From positions 58-64,057 of the forward strand of contig JBDRMR010000001.1 in assembly GCA_043812035.1 (NCBI GenBank): a stretch of DNA of 64,000 nt, written 5' to 3'. The stretch comes from Candidatus Omnitrophota bacterium. Its GTDB lineage: Bacteria; Omnitrophota; Gorgyraeia; Gygaellales; JAHJCI01. Below the pieces are notes generated by a model, which had not been told where the DNA came from, did no database searches, and saw only the letters and a program-made list of their open reading frames with translations. The position numbers and the translations under genes are program-made. This document shows, one piece after another, positions 1 to 9,397 of this stretch. The stretch's first letter is position 1, and every line of letters begins with the position of its first letter.

Positions 1-83
1 AAGGAAACCAGGCTTGCCGCAATAATAACTCCGAGCGCAAAGAGAAACGTCGCCTTAATCTCGTTAAGCCATCTCTGCCGCAT
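1..83 (-). CDS. N-terminus of a membrane protein, probably DNA translocase FtsK (partial, runs off the window)
   Basis: ATG at 83 reads MRQRWLNEIKATFLFALGVIIAASLVS, a hydrophobic helix like the FtsK 4TM N-terminus; lies directly downstream of pnp. Confidence 0.5.
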   Translation of the reverse strand, partial: MRQRWLNEIKATFLFALGVIIAASLVS

Positions 84-98
84 ACGATTTTGCCGCCG

Positions 99-2171
99 CT
101 ATTCTTGTTCGGCCTGCTTTTTGCTCAGATTAATCCGGCCCATCTGGTCAATCCCGATTACCTTAACCCTGACCTCGTCCCCGAGCTTAACTTCTTCTTC
201 CACTTCCTTAACAAAATGGTCGGCTAACTCGGAAATGTGAATTAGGCCCTCTTTGCCCGGGCCAATCTGGCAGAATGCGCCGAAGGGCATGATACGCTTT
301 ATCTTCCCGGCATAGACTCTGCCTATCTCGACGTCTTCGGTAATCTCTCTGACCATTGCCAGAGCGCTCTCCAGCGCCCCTCTATCGGCGGAACCGATTA
401 AGACTCTGCCGTCGTCCTGTATGTCTATGGTGGCTCCGGTAGCCTTGATAATCCTCTTGATGTTCTTTCCGCCGGGGCCTATCAAGTCGCCGATCTTGCT
501 GGTGTCAATCCTGAGAATCTCGATATGGGGAGCAAATTCGGCAATCTCCGAACGCGGCTTATCAATTGTATTGCGCATCTTTTCTAAAACCAAAAGCCTG
601 GCTTCCTTTGCCTGGTTAAGCGTTTGATTCAATAAATCGATATCTATGCCCTGAATCTTCAAATCCAATTGCACCGCCGTTATTCCGTTTTTGGTGCCGG
701 CTATTTTAAAATCCATACTTCCGAAATAGTCTTCTACGCCGGCAATGTCGGTAAGAATTATCGCTTGGTCGCCTTCTTTAACCAGGCCGAGGGCAATGCC
801 GCCTACCGCTTCTTTTACGGGCACCCCCGCGTCCATTAGGGACATTGAAGCCGCGCAAACCGTGGCCATGCTCGAAGAGCCGTTGGATTCAAGGATTTCG
901 GAAACGACCCTGACCGTATAAGGAAATTGCTCTTTTGAAGGCATCACGCAAGACAACGCCTTTTCCGCTAAGGCGCCGTGTCCGATTTCGCGCCTGCCCG
1001 GGCCGCGCACCGGCCTGGTTTCCCCCACGCTAAAAGGCGGAAAACTGTAATGCAGCATAAACGACTTGTATTTTTCTCCTTCCAGAGCTTCAATAAGCTG
1101 CTCATCCTCGCCGGTGCCCAGCGTAGTAACGCAAAGGCTCTGGGTCTGCCCGCGCGTGAATAAGCTTGAGCCGTGCGTGCGCGGAAGAGTTCCCACCTCG
1201 CAAGTAATCGGGCGTATGTCTTTCATCCCCCTGCCGTCCGGACGTTTTTTCTCTTTCAAAATGAGGTTGCGCACGTTTTGTTTCTGGACTTCTATCAAAG
1301 CAACCTTAATATCTCCGGAGGCGAATCCCGAGGTAGTGAGTTTTTCTTCTAATTCCTTGCAAAACGAATCGATCGCCTCTTCTCTTTCCTCTTTCTGGGA
1401 AAGAGCAAATATTTCCTTAAGCTTTTCTCCCGATAATTCCAAGACCCGCTTTTGCAAATCCGGGTCTATTTGTTCGTATTCTATCCGCTTCTTGGGTTTG
1501 GCGTTCCTTTGGATAAATTCTTCCTGCAGGGCAAAAATATCCATCAAATTTTTCCAGCCGAATTCCACTGCTGAGGCAAAGACTTCTTCGCTGACCTCGT
1601 TACATTTGGACTCGAGCATAATGATGCCGCTTTTGCTCGCCGCAACTACCAAATCCAATTTTGACTTTTCCAATTCCGTATAAGTGGGATTAAGTATGAA
1701 CTGGCTGTCCGCGTAACCTACGCGGCAGGCAACCATCGGGATATCGAAAGGAATGTCCGAAATACATAACGCCGTCGATGCGCCGGTTACCGCCAGGACG
1801 TCGGGATCGTTCTCTCCGTCGCTGGAAAGCACGATCGCCATTATCTGGACTTCATTAAGCATGCCGGAAGGAAACAGCGGCCTGATTGAACGGTCGATAA
1901 GCCGCGCGCTTAAGATTTCGCTTTCCGAAGGCCGGCCCTCGCGCTTGAAAAACCCTCCGGGGATACGTCCCGCAGCGTAAGTCTTTTCCTGATATTCCAC
2001 ATAAAGAGGGAAAAAACCCGCATCCTCTTTAGCCTCCGGAGACAAACAGGCGGTTACCAGGACCACTGTGCCGCCGTAGCTGACCACTACCGCGGCGCTG
2101 GCCTGCTTGGCCAGCTTTCCCGTCTCGATGACTAATTCTTCTTTGCCGAATTTTATTCTCTTAGTATCCAT
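99..2171 (-). CDS. pnp: polyribonucleotide nucleotidyltransferase (PNPase)
   Basis: GRIPGGFFKREGRPS, RREIGHG and ESNGSSSMA motifs; C-terminal KH and S1 domains. Confidence 0.98.
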   Translation of the reverse strand: MDTKRIKFGKEELVIETGKLAKQASAAVVVSYGGTVVLVTACLSPEAKEDAGFFPLYVEYQEKTYAAGRIPGGFFKREGRPSESEILSARLIDRSIRPLFPSGMLNEVQIMAIVLSSDGENDPDVLAVTGASTALCISDIPFDIPMVACRVGYADSQFILNPTYTELEKSKLDLVVAASKSGIIMLESKCNEVSEEVFASAVEFGWKNLMDIFALQEEFIQRNAKPKKRIEYEQIDPDLQKRVLELSGEKLKEIFALSQKEEREEAIDSFCKELEEKLTTSGFASGDIKVALIEVQKQNVRNLILKEKKRPDGRGMKDIRPITCEVGTLPRTHGSSLFTRGQTQSLCVTTLGTGEDEQLIEALEGEKYKSFMLHYSFPPFSVGETRPVRGPGRREIGHGALAEKALSCVMPSKEQFPYTVRVVSEILESNGSSSMATVCAASMSLMDAGVPVKEAVGGIALGLVKEGDQAIILTDIAGVEDYFGSMDFKIAGTKNGITAVQLDLKIQGIDIDLLNQTLNQAKEARLLVLEKMRNTIDKPRSEIAEFAPHIEILRIDTSKIGDLIGPGGKNIKRIIKATGATIDIQDDGRVLIGSADRGALESALAMVREITEDVEIGRVYAGKIKRIMPFGAFCQIGPGKEGLIHISELADHFVKEVEEEVKLGDEVRVKVIGIDQMGRINLSKKQAEQE

Positions 2172-2172
2172 T

Positions 2173-2442
2173 TTATTTCCTCAGATTTAGTTTATTAAGA
2201 ACATCTTCGTATTTTTTATCGTCTTTCTTTTTTAAATAATTAAGCAGGCTCCGGCGCTTGCCGACCATCATCAACAGTCCCCGCCGGGAATGCAAATCCT
2301 TTTTATGGAGGGCGAAATGGTCGCTTAAAATATTTATCCGTTTAGTCAATAAGGCAATTTGCACCTCTGTGGAGCCCGTATCTTTGGCGTGGGCTTTAAA
2401 TTCCTTAATAACTTCCTGTTTGTTTGTCTTGTCCAATGTCAT
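2173..2442 (-). CDS. rpsO: 30S ribosomal protein S15
   Basis: [13 protein letters not shown] and [12 protein letters not shown] motifs; SD GAGGAGG; rpsO-pnp order. Confidence 0.98.
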   Translation of the reverse strand: MTLDKTNKQEVIKEFKAHAKDTGSTEVQIALLTKRINILSDHFALHKKDLHSRRGLLMMVGKRRSLLNYLKKKDDKKYEDVLNKLNLRK

Positions 2443-2454
2443 TTTGCCTCCTCA

Positions 2455-2592
2455 AATGAGCACATAACCTATGGAGGCGATAGCCGACATAAGTTATAAG
2501 TGTGAATTTGACCCTTGACATCTCCGATGTCAAGGGTAAGTTCGGCCATACAACTTATGTTCGCTATCGCTCCATAAGTTGTGGCCTCACTT
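2455..2592. repeat. multi-hairpin palindromic element forming the rpsO 5' leader (homologous to 9398-9520)
   Basis: Perfect core ACCCTTGACATC-TCC-GATGTCAAGGGT (2511-2537) flanked by inverted hairpin units at 2464-2497 and 2549-2582; ends AATGAGCA and GTGGCCTCACTTA shared with the second copy. Confidence 0.85.
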
Positions 2593-2621
2593 ATTATACT
2601 GCCTAATCGGGTATAAGTCAA
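2593..2621 (-). promoter_or_regulatory. sigma70-type promoter for rpsO-pnp
   Basis: Minus strand reads TTGACT-N17-TATAAT (-35 at 2621-2616, -10 at 2598-2593). Confidence 0.75.
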
Positions 2622-2677
2622 TCGTTAGCGCTATTATCGATTCTTTTGCGCGAGCACATGTGATTGAAAATCATTGA

Positions 2678-3295
2678 TTACGCAGACCTTGCATTCCTTA
2701 TGAATTTCCTGATCTTAGCAGGGTCTTTCCTGCCGGGAGCCCTCTCTAAAGAACTGGAGGCATCCACCCAGCGGGCGGGAAAGGTTTTCAACGCTTTCTT
2801 AACGTTCGCGGGGGTTAGACCTCCTGACAAAAATAAGTTTTTCTTGAAATTCTTTAAACGGCTTAAAACCCGCCAATCGAAAATTTTGCCGGTTCCGCCG
2901 AATTTTCCTTTTGAAAAAGTATCGAACATATAAGCCCAAACATCGTATTCGGATAATTCCGCGGTATCAATCCTGTCTCTTACCCGGAATGCCTTGATTA
3001 CTTTGAAATTTTTGAACCTATCGCAAAAGCGCCTTGACTCGTTTCCGTGAAACTGCAGCATATCTAATTTTAATCTGCCTGCGATTCTTTCTATCGTCGC
3101 CTCCTTTGAATTCACAAACACCCCTACCTTCTTTACGCAGACCGGCAACTGTTTAATTATTGCTTCCGCTCTTTCCGGCTTAATGTATCTGGGGCTCTTT
3201 TTATAGAATACGAAACCCAAAGCGTCCGCTCCCTGCCCGACCGCATATAAGGCGTCTTCCAAATTCGTTATCCCGCATATCTTAACTTTAACCAT
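2678..3295 (-). CDS. trpF: phosphoribosylanthranilate isomerase
   Basis: VKICGIT, SPRY, QFHGNE, GGTG and LSGGL motifs. Confidence 0.96.
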   Translation of the reverse strand: MVKVKICGITNLEDALYAVGQGADALGFVFYKKSPRYIKPERAEAIIKQLPVCVKKVGVFVNSKEATIERIAGRLKLDMLQFHGNESRRFCDRFKNFKVIKAFRVRDRIDTAELSEYDVWAYMFDTFSKGKFGGTGKIFDWRVLSRLKNFKKNLFLSGGLTPANVKKALKTFPARWVDASSSLERAPGRKDPAKIRKFIRNARSA

Positions 3296-3314
3296 AATAA
3301 ATTTCTACCCCGTG

Positions 3315-3390
3315 ATAGCGTTTAGTATTTTCTATACGCTAAACGCTATACGCTCTACGCTAATAAATACACGCTCTACGCTATACGCTA
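3315..3390. repeat. heptamer inverted-arm element A (TAGCGTT / CTATACG family)
   Basis: ATAGCGTTTAGTATTTTC followed by TATACGC TAAACGC TATACGC TCTACGC, then TACACGC TCTACGC TATACGC; trpC-trpF spacer. Confidence 0.9.
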
Positions 3391-3393
3391 ACT

Positions 3394-4176
3394 TTACCAA
3401 CCCATAATCTCTTTAATTTTCGCTTTGATGTCCGCAGACTCCACAATAGCCTCGCCGATCAAAACCGCGCTCACTCCCAAAACCTTCAGAAATAATATGT
3501 CCTGGTAAGACTTAATCCCGCTTTCCACCACCACGATTTTATCCCTGGGAATCAGAGGATAAAGTCTCTGCGTGGTTTCAAAGTCCACCGCCAGACTATG
3601 GAGGTTGCGGTTATTTATGCCGATAAGCCCAGCCTTTGCCTTCAAGGCCTTTTTAATATCCTTCTCGGTATTAACCTCTACCAGACAATCCAAATTCAGA
3701 CTATTGGCCAAACCCAGGAAACTGCTTAAGGTTTCCTGATTAAGCAGCTCGGCGATTAAAAGTACGGCGTCGCAGCCGAAAGCGCGCGCTTCGTAAATCT
3801 GATAGGGGTCTATGATGAAGTCTTTCCTTAAAACCGGCAGATTCGCCGTTTTCTTAATCTGCTGGGCGTAATTGATATCGCCTAAAAAATAATCCTCGCA
3901 GGTCACAACCGAAATCGCCTGCGCTCCGGATTCTTTGTATATTCTGGCTATCTCGCAGGGATTAAAATCCTGCCGTATAACGCCGCGGCTGGGAGAAGCT
4001 TTTTTAGCCTCGGCAATAAGAGAAATTGAGCCGGATTTATTTATGCTTTTAATAAACGAAAGCGCGGGATTCGAGGCCTCTATTTTTGCCAGTAAATTCT
4101 CCCGGGGAAATTCTTTTACCCTCTGGGCAAGTCTTTCTTTTTTCCTGACAACAATCTGTTTAAGCGCATCCTCCAT
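3394..4176 (-). CDS. trpC: indole-3-glycerol phosphate synthase
   Basis: IAEAKKASPSRG, LRKDF, GINNRNL and VESGI motifs. Confidence 0.97.
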   Translation of the reverse strand: MEDALKQIVVRKKERLAQRVKEFPRENLLAKIEASNPALSFIKSINKSGSISLIAEAKKASPSRGVIRQDFNPCEIARIYKESGAQAISVVTCEDYFLGDINYAQQIKKTANLPVLRKDFIIDPYQIYEARAFGCDAVLLIAELLNQETLSSFLGLANSLNLDCLVEVNTEKDIKKALKAKAGLIGINNRNLHSLAVDFETTQRLYPLIPRDKIVVVESGIKSYQDILFLKVLGVSAVLIGEAIVESADIKAKIKEIMGW

Positions 4177-4198
4177 ATAAAAACCTCTCTCTGCCGAC

Positions 4199-5284
4199 CT
4201 ATGGTAAGTTGGAAAATCGGCGCAGTTCGTCCAGTTTCCTCATAGCGCTGCCGGAATCTATGCAATCGGAGGCAACTTTGATTCCTTCACCCAGATTCTT
4301 AGCCCTGTCTCCCAGATAAAGCCCGGCAGCGGCGTTGAGCAATACGATATTCAGCTTTGGCCCTCTATCTTTGCCGGATAAAATATCCGTTAAAATTCGG
4401 GCATTGTCCTGCGGCGTGCCTCCGGTTAAATCTCCGGGCTTAGCCGGTTCAATGCCGAGGCTCTGAGGATTTATTACATAATTCTTGATTTCTCCTCCCT
4501 CGGTCAATTCGTAAATCCTGGTATCTCCGATTGTAGAAATCTCATCCATGCCTAAATTACTCCCGGCATCCAATCCGTATACGACCATCGCCCTGCTCAG
4601 ATTCAGGACCTTTAACACCCTGACCAATCTATGCGTCAATCTTTCGCTGTTAACCCCCAATATCTGGACCGTCTTGATTCCGTTTTTATAGGCGGAAGAA
4701 AAAGCGGGGTTGACCAAAGGACCGAGGATGTTGAATACCGTCGGTGTTCGGATTTGCCGGCGAACTTTCTGGACGTTCTTAAACGCTCCGTGATAAAGCG
4801 GGGCGAAGAAAAAGGCGATATCTATTTCTGCCAGGCAGCGGCTGGCAATTTCTGCCTCCATTGCAATATTAACGCCGAGTTCTTCAAGCACATCCGCGCT
4901 GCCGCATTTAGAGGTTATGGCGCGGTTGCCGTGTTTGGCTACAGCCATACCCGAAGCCGATAGGATAAACATACTCGTTGTGGATACGTTAAACGTCTCT
5001 ATGGCTCCTCCGCCGGTGCCGCAGGTATCCGCCAAAACCTTATCCTTTTTTATGTCCTTTGTTTCGACTTTGCCGGCGATTTGCCTGATTGCGAAGGCAA
5101 AGCTGGCAATCTCCTCGGTTGTCGGACCCTTTGCCTGAAGCGCGACAAGAAATGCAGCTTTTTCAGAATCAGGCGCCTCTTTCGACATAATAACGCTCAT
5201 TGCCGAGGCTGCCTCCTCCATAGACAAATCAATCTTGCGGTTAAGCTTATCGATGTACGGATTTAAATCAGCCTTTTTTTCCAT
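4199..5284 (-). CDS. trpD: anthranilate phosphoribosyltransferase
   Basis: DTCGTGG, FNVST, KHGNR, GSADVLE and FNILGPL motifs. Confidence 0.96.
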   Translation of the reverse strand: MEKKADLNPYIDKLNRKIDLSMEEAASAMSVIMSKEAPDSEKAAFLVALQAKGPTTEEIASFAFAIRQIAGKVETKDIKKDKVLADTCGTGGGAIETFNVSTTSMFILSASGMAVAKHGNRAITSKCGSADVLEELGVNIAMEAEIASRCLAEIDIAFFFAPLYHGAFKNVQKVRRQIRTPTVFNILGPLVNPAFSSAYKNGIKTVQILGVNSERLTHRLVRVLKVLNLSRAMVVYGLDAGSNLGMDEISTIGDTRIYELTEGGEIKNYVINPQSLGIEPAKPGDLTGGTPQDNARILTDILSGKDRGPKLNIVLLNAAAGLYLGDRAKNLGEGIKVASDCIDSGSAMRKLDELRRFSNLP

Positions 5285-5843
5285 AGCCCAAGAAATTCCT
5301 TAAAATGTCTTTCCCCGTATTTGTCAGTATCGACTCCGGATGAAACTGCACTCCCCAGACCGGGTAATCCTTATATTTAAGTCCCATTATCTCATCGTCC
5401 TTAGTCCAGGCGACCACCTCCAATTCCGATGTTAAGTTGCGGCCGCTTACAATCAAAGAATGATACCGGGTAGCTTCAAAGGGGTTGGGAATGCCTTTAA
5501 ATATTCCTTTTTGGTTATGATAAATCATCGAGGTTTTCCCGTGCATTAGCCTGTGCGCCTGGACAATCTTTGCTCCGTATACAAACCCCAAACACTGGTG
5601 CCCCAGGCATACGCCCAGTATGGGAACCTTGCCGGCGAATTCCTTAATGACCTGACAGGATATTCCGGCGTCCTCAGGCCGGCCCGGCCCGGGGGAAACC
5701 ACGATTCTGTCGGGTTTCAACCTTTTTATCCCGGCAATATTAATTTTATCGTTGCGCAAGACCTTCAGATTCTGACCCAATTCCCCTAAATATTGCACAA
5801 GATTATAGGTAAACGAATCGTAATTATCGATAACCAATATCAC
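5268..5843 (-). CDS. trpG: anthranilate/aminodeoxychorismate synthase component II (glutamine amidotransferase)
   Basis: IDNYDSFTYNL, SPGPG, GVCLGHQ and QFHPES motifs; adjacent to trpD. Confidence 0.92.
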   Translation of the reverse strand: MILVIDNYDSFTYNLVQYLGELGQNLKVLRNDKINIAGIKRLKPDRIVVSPGPGRPEDAGISCQVIKEFAGKVPILGVCLGHQCLGFVYGAKIVQAHRLMHGKTSMIYHNQKGIFKGIPNPFEATRYHSLIVSGRNLTSELEVVAWTKDDEIMGLKYKDYPVWGVQFHPESILTNTGKDILRNFLGYGKKG

Positions 5844-5868
5844 TTTCCGCTCCTTAGTAACGCAGTTC

Positions 5869-7131
5869 CTACTCCTTTTCCCTGCGTATTTCCGCTCCCA
5901 GGTTCCTCAATTTCTCATCCAGATTTTCGTATCCCCGCTCAAGATGATAGATGCGGGAAACCGAAGTCCGGCCTTGGGCAGCAAGCCCCGCCAGAACCAA
6001 ACAAGCCGAAGCCCGCAAATCCGAAGCCATTACATCGGCTCCGGACAACCGGTTCACTCCCTCAACAATAGCGTGCGGGCCCTGCCTTTGAATATGGCCT
6101 CCCATCCGGTTTAGTTCGGCTATATGCATAAACCTGTCCGGATAAACCTTCTCGGTAATTAGGCTCACTCCCGGCACAAGGCTTAACAAAGACATCATCT
6201 GCGCCTGCATATCGGTAGGGAACCCCGGGTAAGGCAGCGTGGTAACGCTGACCGGCTGCAACCGGCGGGGCGGATTTACCTTAACCGTTGCGTTGCCTTT
6301 TTGAACATCCGCTCCCATCTGCTCCAGCTTATCCAAAATTGCTCCCAGATGCTGCCAGATGACATTCTTGAGTTTGATTTCTCCTTTGGTAATTAACGCG
6401 GCGATAATAAGCGTGCCTGCCTCGACGCGGTCGGGGATAATTTTATATTCCGCTCCGTGCAGGTGCTTAACTCCCTGTATCTGGATAAGGGGCGTGCCAA
6501 TCCCTTTAACCTTGGCCCCCATTTTGTTAAGGAATTTAGCCAGGTCAACTATCTCCGGCTCACAGGCGGCGGACTCAATTTTTGTTGCGCCGGATGCCAA
6601 AACAGCCGCCATCATTACGTTGGCGGTAGCTAAAACCGAAGAGCCGAAAGAACCGCCCAAATACATATGGGCGCCCCGTAGTTTTTGCGCCTTAGCCTGC
6701 ACATAACCGCCGGCGATATCTATATGCGCACCTAAAGCCTTTAAGCCTTTAAGATGCAAGTCCACCGGCCTTAACCCGATAACGCAGCCTCCCGGTAAAG
6801 ATACCCTGGCTATTTTGTATTTAGATAAAAGCGGGCCGAGGACGCAAAAAGATGCGCGCATAGTGGACACGAGCTTATAGTCTGCCGTGGTATTAACGCG
6901 ACTGGTAGATTTTATTAAAACCTTTCCGTCTCTGAATTCCGCGCTCTTGCCCAAGGAACGCAATATCTTTATCATTGTAGCGGTGTCGCGCAGGTTCGGA
7001 ACCCCTTTGACACAGCAAGGCTCATCGGTTAATAAGGTAGCGGCCAATATCGGCAGAAGCGCATTTTTTGAACCGGAAACGGTTACTTCTCCCTTGAGTC
7101 TCCTGCCGCCTTCGATTACGAGCTTATCCAT
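5869..7131 (-). CDS. murA: UDP-N-acetylglucosamine 1-carboxyvinyltransferase
   Basis: GSKNA, MRAS, PGGCVIG.RPVDLH, PGFPTDMQ and DLRA motifs. Confidence 0.98.
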   Translation of the reverse strand: MDKLVIEGGRRLKGEVTVSGSKNALLPILAATLLTDEPCCVKGVPNLRDTATMIKILRSLGKSAEFRDGKVLIKSTSRVNTTADYKLVSTMRASFCVLGPLLSKYKIARVSLPGGCVIGLRPVDLHLKGLKALGAHIDIAGGYVQAKAQKLRGAHMYLGGSFGSSVLATANVMMAAVLASGATKIESAACEPEIVDLAKFLNKMGAKVKGIGTPLIQIQGVKHLHGAEYKIIPDRVEAGTLIIAALITKGEIKLKNVIWQHLGAILDKLEQMGADVQKGNATVKVNPPRRLQPVSVTTLPYPGFPTDMQAQMMSLLSLVPGVSLITEKVYPDRFMHIAELNRMGGHIQRQGPHAIVEGVNRLSGADVMASDLRASACLVLAGLAAQGRTSVSRIYHLERGYENLDEKLRNLGAEIRREKE

Positions 7132-7136
7132 TTATT

Positions 7137-7174
7137 ATAGCGTTTAGCGTGTAGCGTATAGCGTTTAGTATTTC
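7137..7174. repeat. heptamer element B (single arm plus core)
   Basis: ATAGCGT TTAGCGT GTAGCGT ATAGCGT TTAGTAT TTC fills the prmC-murA spacer. Confidence 0.9.
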
Positions 7175-7963
7175 TTAGTAATTAATACTTGCTACAATAG
7201 CTCTGTCAATATTATTATAATCCTTAACTACCTCGATTACTTCGAATTCAGATGAATTCAATAGCATTCGTATTTGCGCGCATTGATTAAACCCCATCTC
7301 CATAATCAGCAACCCCTTTTTCTTTAAATAAGCCCATGAATCCCGGATAATGCGGCGGTAAAAATCCAATCCGTCGATACCTCCGTCGAGAGCCATGCGG
7401 GGCTCATGGCTTAATTCGAGCTGCAGCTTTTCAATCTGTGCAGATGGGATATAGGGCGGATTGGTTACAATTAGGTCATAGGTGTTAGGTTTTAGGTTAT
7501 GGGGAAATAAATCGCAGTGAATAAAGCTGATTCTCTGCTCGACTTTATTTAAATAAGCATTTGACTTTGCTATATCTAACGCCTTCTCTGAGATATCTGT
7601 GGCGGTAATCCCGGCTTTCGGCAGGAATCCGGCTAAAGAAATAGCGATACATCCCGAACCCGTGCCTATGTCTAATATCTGGCAATCGTCAACTGGCAAC
7701 CGGCGACTATAGCTTAACGCTTTTTCCGCCAGAATTTCCGTCTCCGGCCGCGGTATGAACACATCGGCATTCACTATGAATTCAAATCCCATAAACTCGG
7801 TCTTGCCTAATACGTACTGAAGCGGCTCGCCGTAAAATCTCCTCCTCAAAGCGCAGGCAAGAAACGACGCCTCCTCCCGTTTAAGTGTCCGTCTTCTATT
7901 AAGATGTAATTCCGCGCGGGAACAATTCAGAATTTGCGTAAATAATAATTCCGCTTCAGTCAT
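7175..7963 (-). CDS. prmC: release factor glutamine methyltransferase
   Basis: EPLQY, IPRPETE, LDIGTGSG, NPPY and ALDGG motifs; follows prfA. Confidence 0.96.
   Translation of the reverse strand: MTEAELLFTQILNCSRAELHLNRRRTLKREEASFLACALRRRFYGEPLQYVLGKTEFMGFEFIVNADVFIPRPETEILAEKALSYSRRLPVDDCQILDIGTGSGCIAISLAGFLPKAGITATDISEKALDIAKSNAYLNKVEQRISFIHCDLFPHNLKPNTYDLIVTNPPYIPSAQIEKLQLELSHEPRMALDGGIDGLDFYRRIIRDSWAYLKKKGLLIMEMGFNQCAQIRMLLNSSEFEVIEVVKDYNNIDRAIVASINY
7471..7498. repeat. in-frame heptamer array in prmC (TTAGGTN x4)
   Basis: TTAGGTC ATAGGTG TTAGGTT TTAGGTT encodes NLKPNTYDL. Confidence 0.75.
7681..7708. repeat. in-frame heptamer array in prmC (GGCAACN x4)
   Basis: GGCAATC GTCAACT GGCAACC GGCGACT encodes SRRLPVDDC. 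Confidence 0.6.
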
Positions 7964-8014
7964 TTTTAATTTAGCTAATTTAAAAACTACTCTTTGAAGT
8001 AAAAATGGGTTGAA

Positions 8015-9145
8015 TTATTGTTTTTCTAAGTTATTAACACTTCGACTTTGCTCAGTGTTAATGGTGAGCGTAGTCGAACCATTAAATTCCCTCGGGTCGC
8101 CGGGCATTTTTTTAATCAATTGCTCGGAAAAGTCGTCCAGATTGCCTTCCATAACAGACTCTAATTTATGCAGGGTTAAATTAATCCGGTGGTCTGTAAC
8201 GCGGTGGCCGGGAAAGTTGTAAGTCCGGATTTTCTCGCTGCGCTCGCCGGTGCCGACTTGCGACTTCCTGTCTTCGGAAATTTTTTTCTCTTCCTTCTGC
8301 CTGGTTATTTCCATCAATCTTGCTCTCAGGACTCTCAACGCCTTGCTTTTATTTTTAAGCTGAGAGCGTTCGTCCTGGCAAGTTACGACCAGCCCGGTAG
8401 GCAAATGGGTAATTCTCACGGCCGAGTCGGTAGTGTTGACGCTTTGTCCGCCGTGTCCGGAAGAGCGGAAGACGTCGATCCTTAAGTCTCCGGGATTAAT
8501 CTGCAACTCCGTGCTTTCCGGCTCTGCTAACACGGCTACCGTTGCGGTCGAAGTATGAATTCTGCCCTGCGTCTCGGTAGTCGGCACGCGCTGCACCCGG
8601 TGTACCCCGCTTTCCCATTTAAGGCGCGCAAAAGCCTGTTTGCCTCTTATGCTAAAGATAATTTCCTTGAACCCGCCCAGGTCCGTAGGGTGAGAGGCCA
8701 GCATTTCAGTTGCCCAGCCTTGTCTTTGAGCGTATTTGGTATACATCCTGTACAAGTCTGCGGCGAACAAACTGGCTTCCTGGCCGCCGGTTCCCGCCCT
8801 GATTTCTACGATAACGTCTTTGTCCTCCTCCCCGCTTTCCGGTTTAACCTTTTGGTTTATTTTATCCAGGCAGTCCCGGCTCTTTTCTCTTAAATCTTTT
8901 ATCTCGTTTTCCACCAAGAGGAGGAATTCTTTATCGTGTTTTTCCTTTAGGGTCTGCTCTAATTTGGCGATTTCAGCCTGGCATTGCTTAAACTTACGAT
9001 AGAGATGCACGGCGTCCGAAATCCTGGATATCTCCTTGGCATGCTGATTATACTGGTTTTTATCGGAGATTACCCCGGGCAGCACCAACAGCTTCTCCAG
9101 TTCCGCGTAACGCTTCTCTATTTTCTCCAATTCACTTAAATCCAT
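8015..9145 (-). CDS. prfA: peptide chain release factor 1, with a repeat-derived C-terminal insertion
   Basis: VQRVPTTE (PxT), GGQ and [10 protein letters not shown] motifs; rpmE-prfA-prmC order. Confidence 0.97.
   Translation of the reverse strand: MDLSELEKIEKRYAELEKLLVLPGVISDKNQYNQHAKEISRISDAVHLYRKFKQCQAEIAKLEQTLKEKHDKEFLLLVENEIKDLREKSRDCLDKINQKVKPESGEEDKDVIVEIRAGTGGQEASLFAADLYRMYTKYAQRQGWATEMLASHPTDLGGFKEIIFSIRGKQAFARLKWESGVHRVQRVPTTETQGRIHTSTATVAVLAEPESTELQINPGDLRIDVFRSSGHGGQSVNTTDSAVRITHLPTGLVVTCQDERSQLKNKSKALRVLRARLMEITRQKEEKKISEDRKSQVGTGERSEKIRTYNFPGHRVTDHRINLTLHKLESVMEGNLDDFSEQLIKKMPGDPREFNGSTTLTINTEQSRSVNNLEKQ
8033..8105. repeat. REP-like double hairpin plus a second degenerate unit inside the prfA 3' end
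   Basis: ATTAACACT-TCGACTTTGCTC-AGTGTTAAT overlaps TTAATGGT-GAGCGTAGTCGA-ACCATTAA; TTCCCTCGGGTCGCCGGG resembles 39540-39560. Confidence 0.8.
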
Positions 9146-9165
9146 CTTAAATTTTTATTTTCTTG

Positions 9166-9381
9166 CTACTCGCTGCTTTCGGCAGATTTGCCGTATTTTC
9201 TCATGAATTTTTCCACCCTGCCTGCCGAGTCGACAAATTTCTGTTTGCCGGTAAAGAAAGGGTGACAACTGGAGCATATCTCGACTCGAATACTCGGTTT
9301 TGTGGAGCGGGTGTGTATGGTATTTCCGCACGCGCATACAACCGTGCACTCCTGATATTTGGGATGAATCTTGTCTTTCAT
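9166..9381 (-). CDS. rpmE: 50S ribosomal protein L31 (Zn-binding type)
   Basis: [23 protein letters not shown] and GRVEKF motifs. Confidence 0.97.
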   Translation of the reverse strand: MKDKIHPKYQECTVVCACGNTIHTRSTKPSIRVEICSSCHPFFTGKQKFVDSAGRVEKFMRKYGKSAESSE

Positions 9382-9397
9382 TATTTATTCCTCCTTT

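Noticed and set aside
2538-2592. Hammerhead-like UGA-GGCC..GGCC-GAA in the rpsO/rpmE elements
   Set aside because: The core would need CUGANGA and GAAA; the sequence has UAAGUGA and GAAC.
3315-3390. Heptamer arrays as CRISPR repeats or intrinsic terminators
   Set aside because: There is no repeat-spacer organisation and no cas gene; the stems lack a 3' U-tract on the coding strand and sit inside apparent operons.
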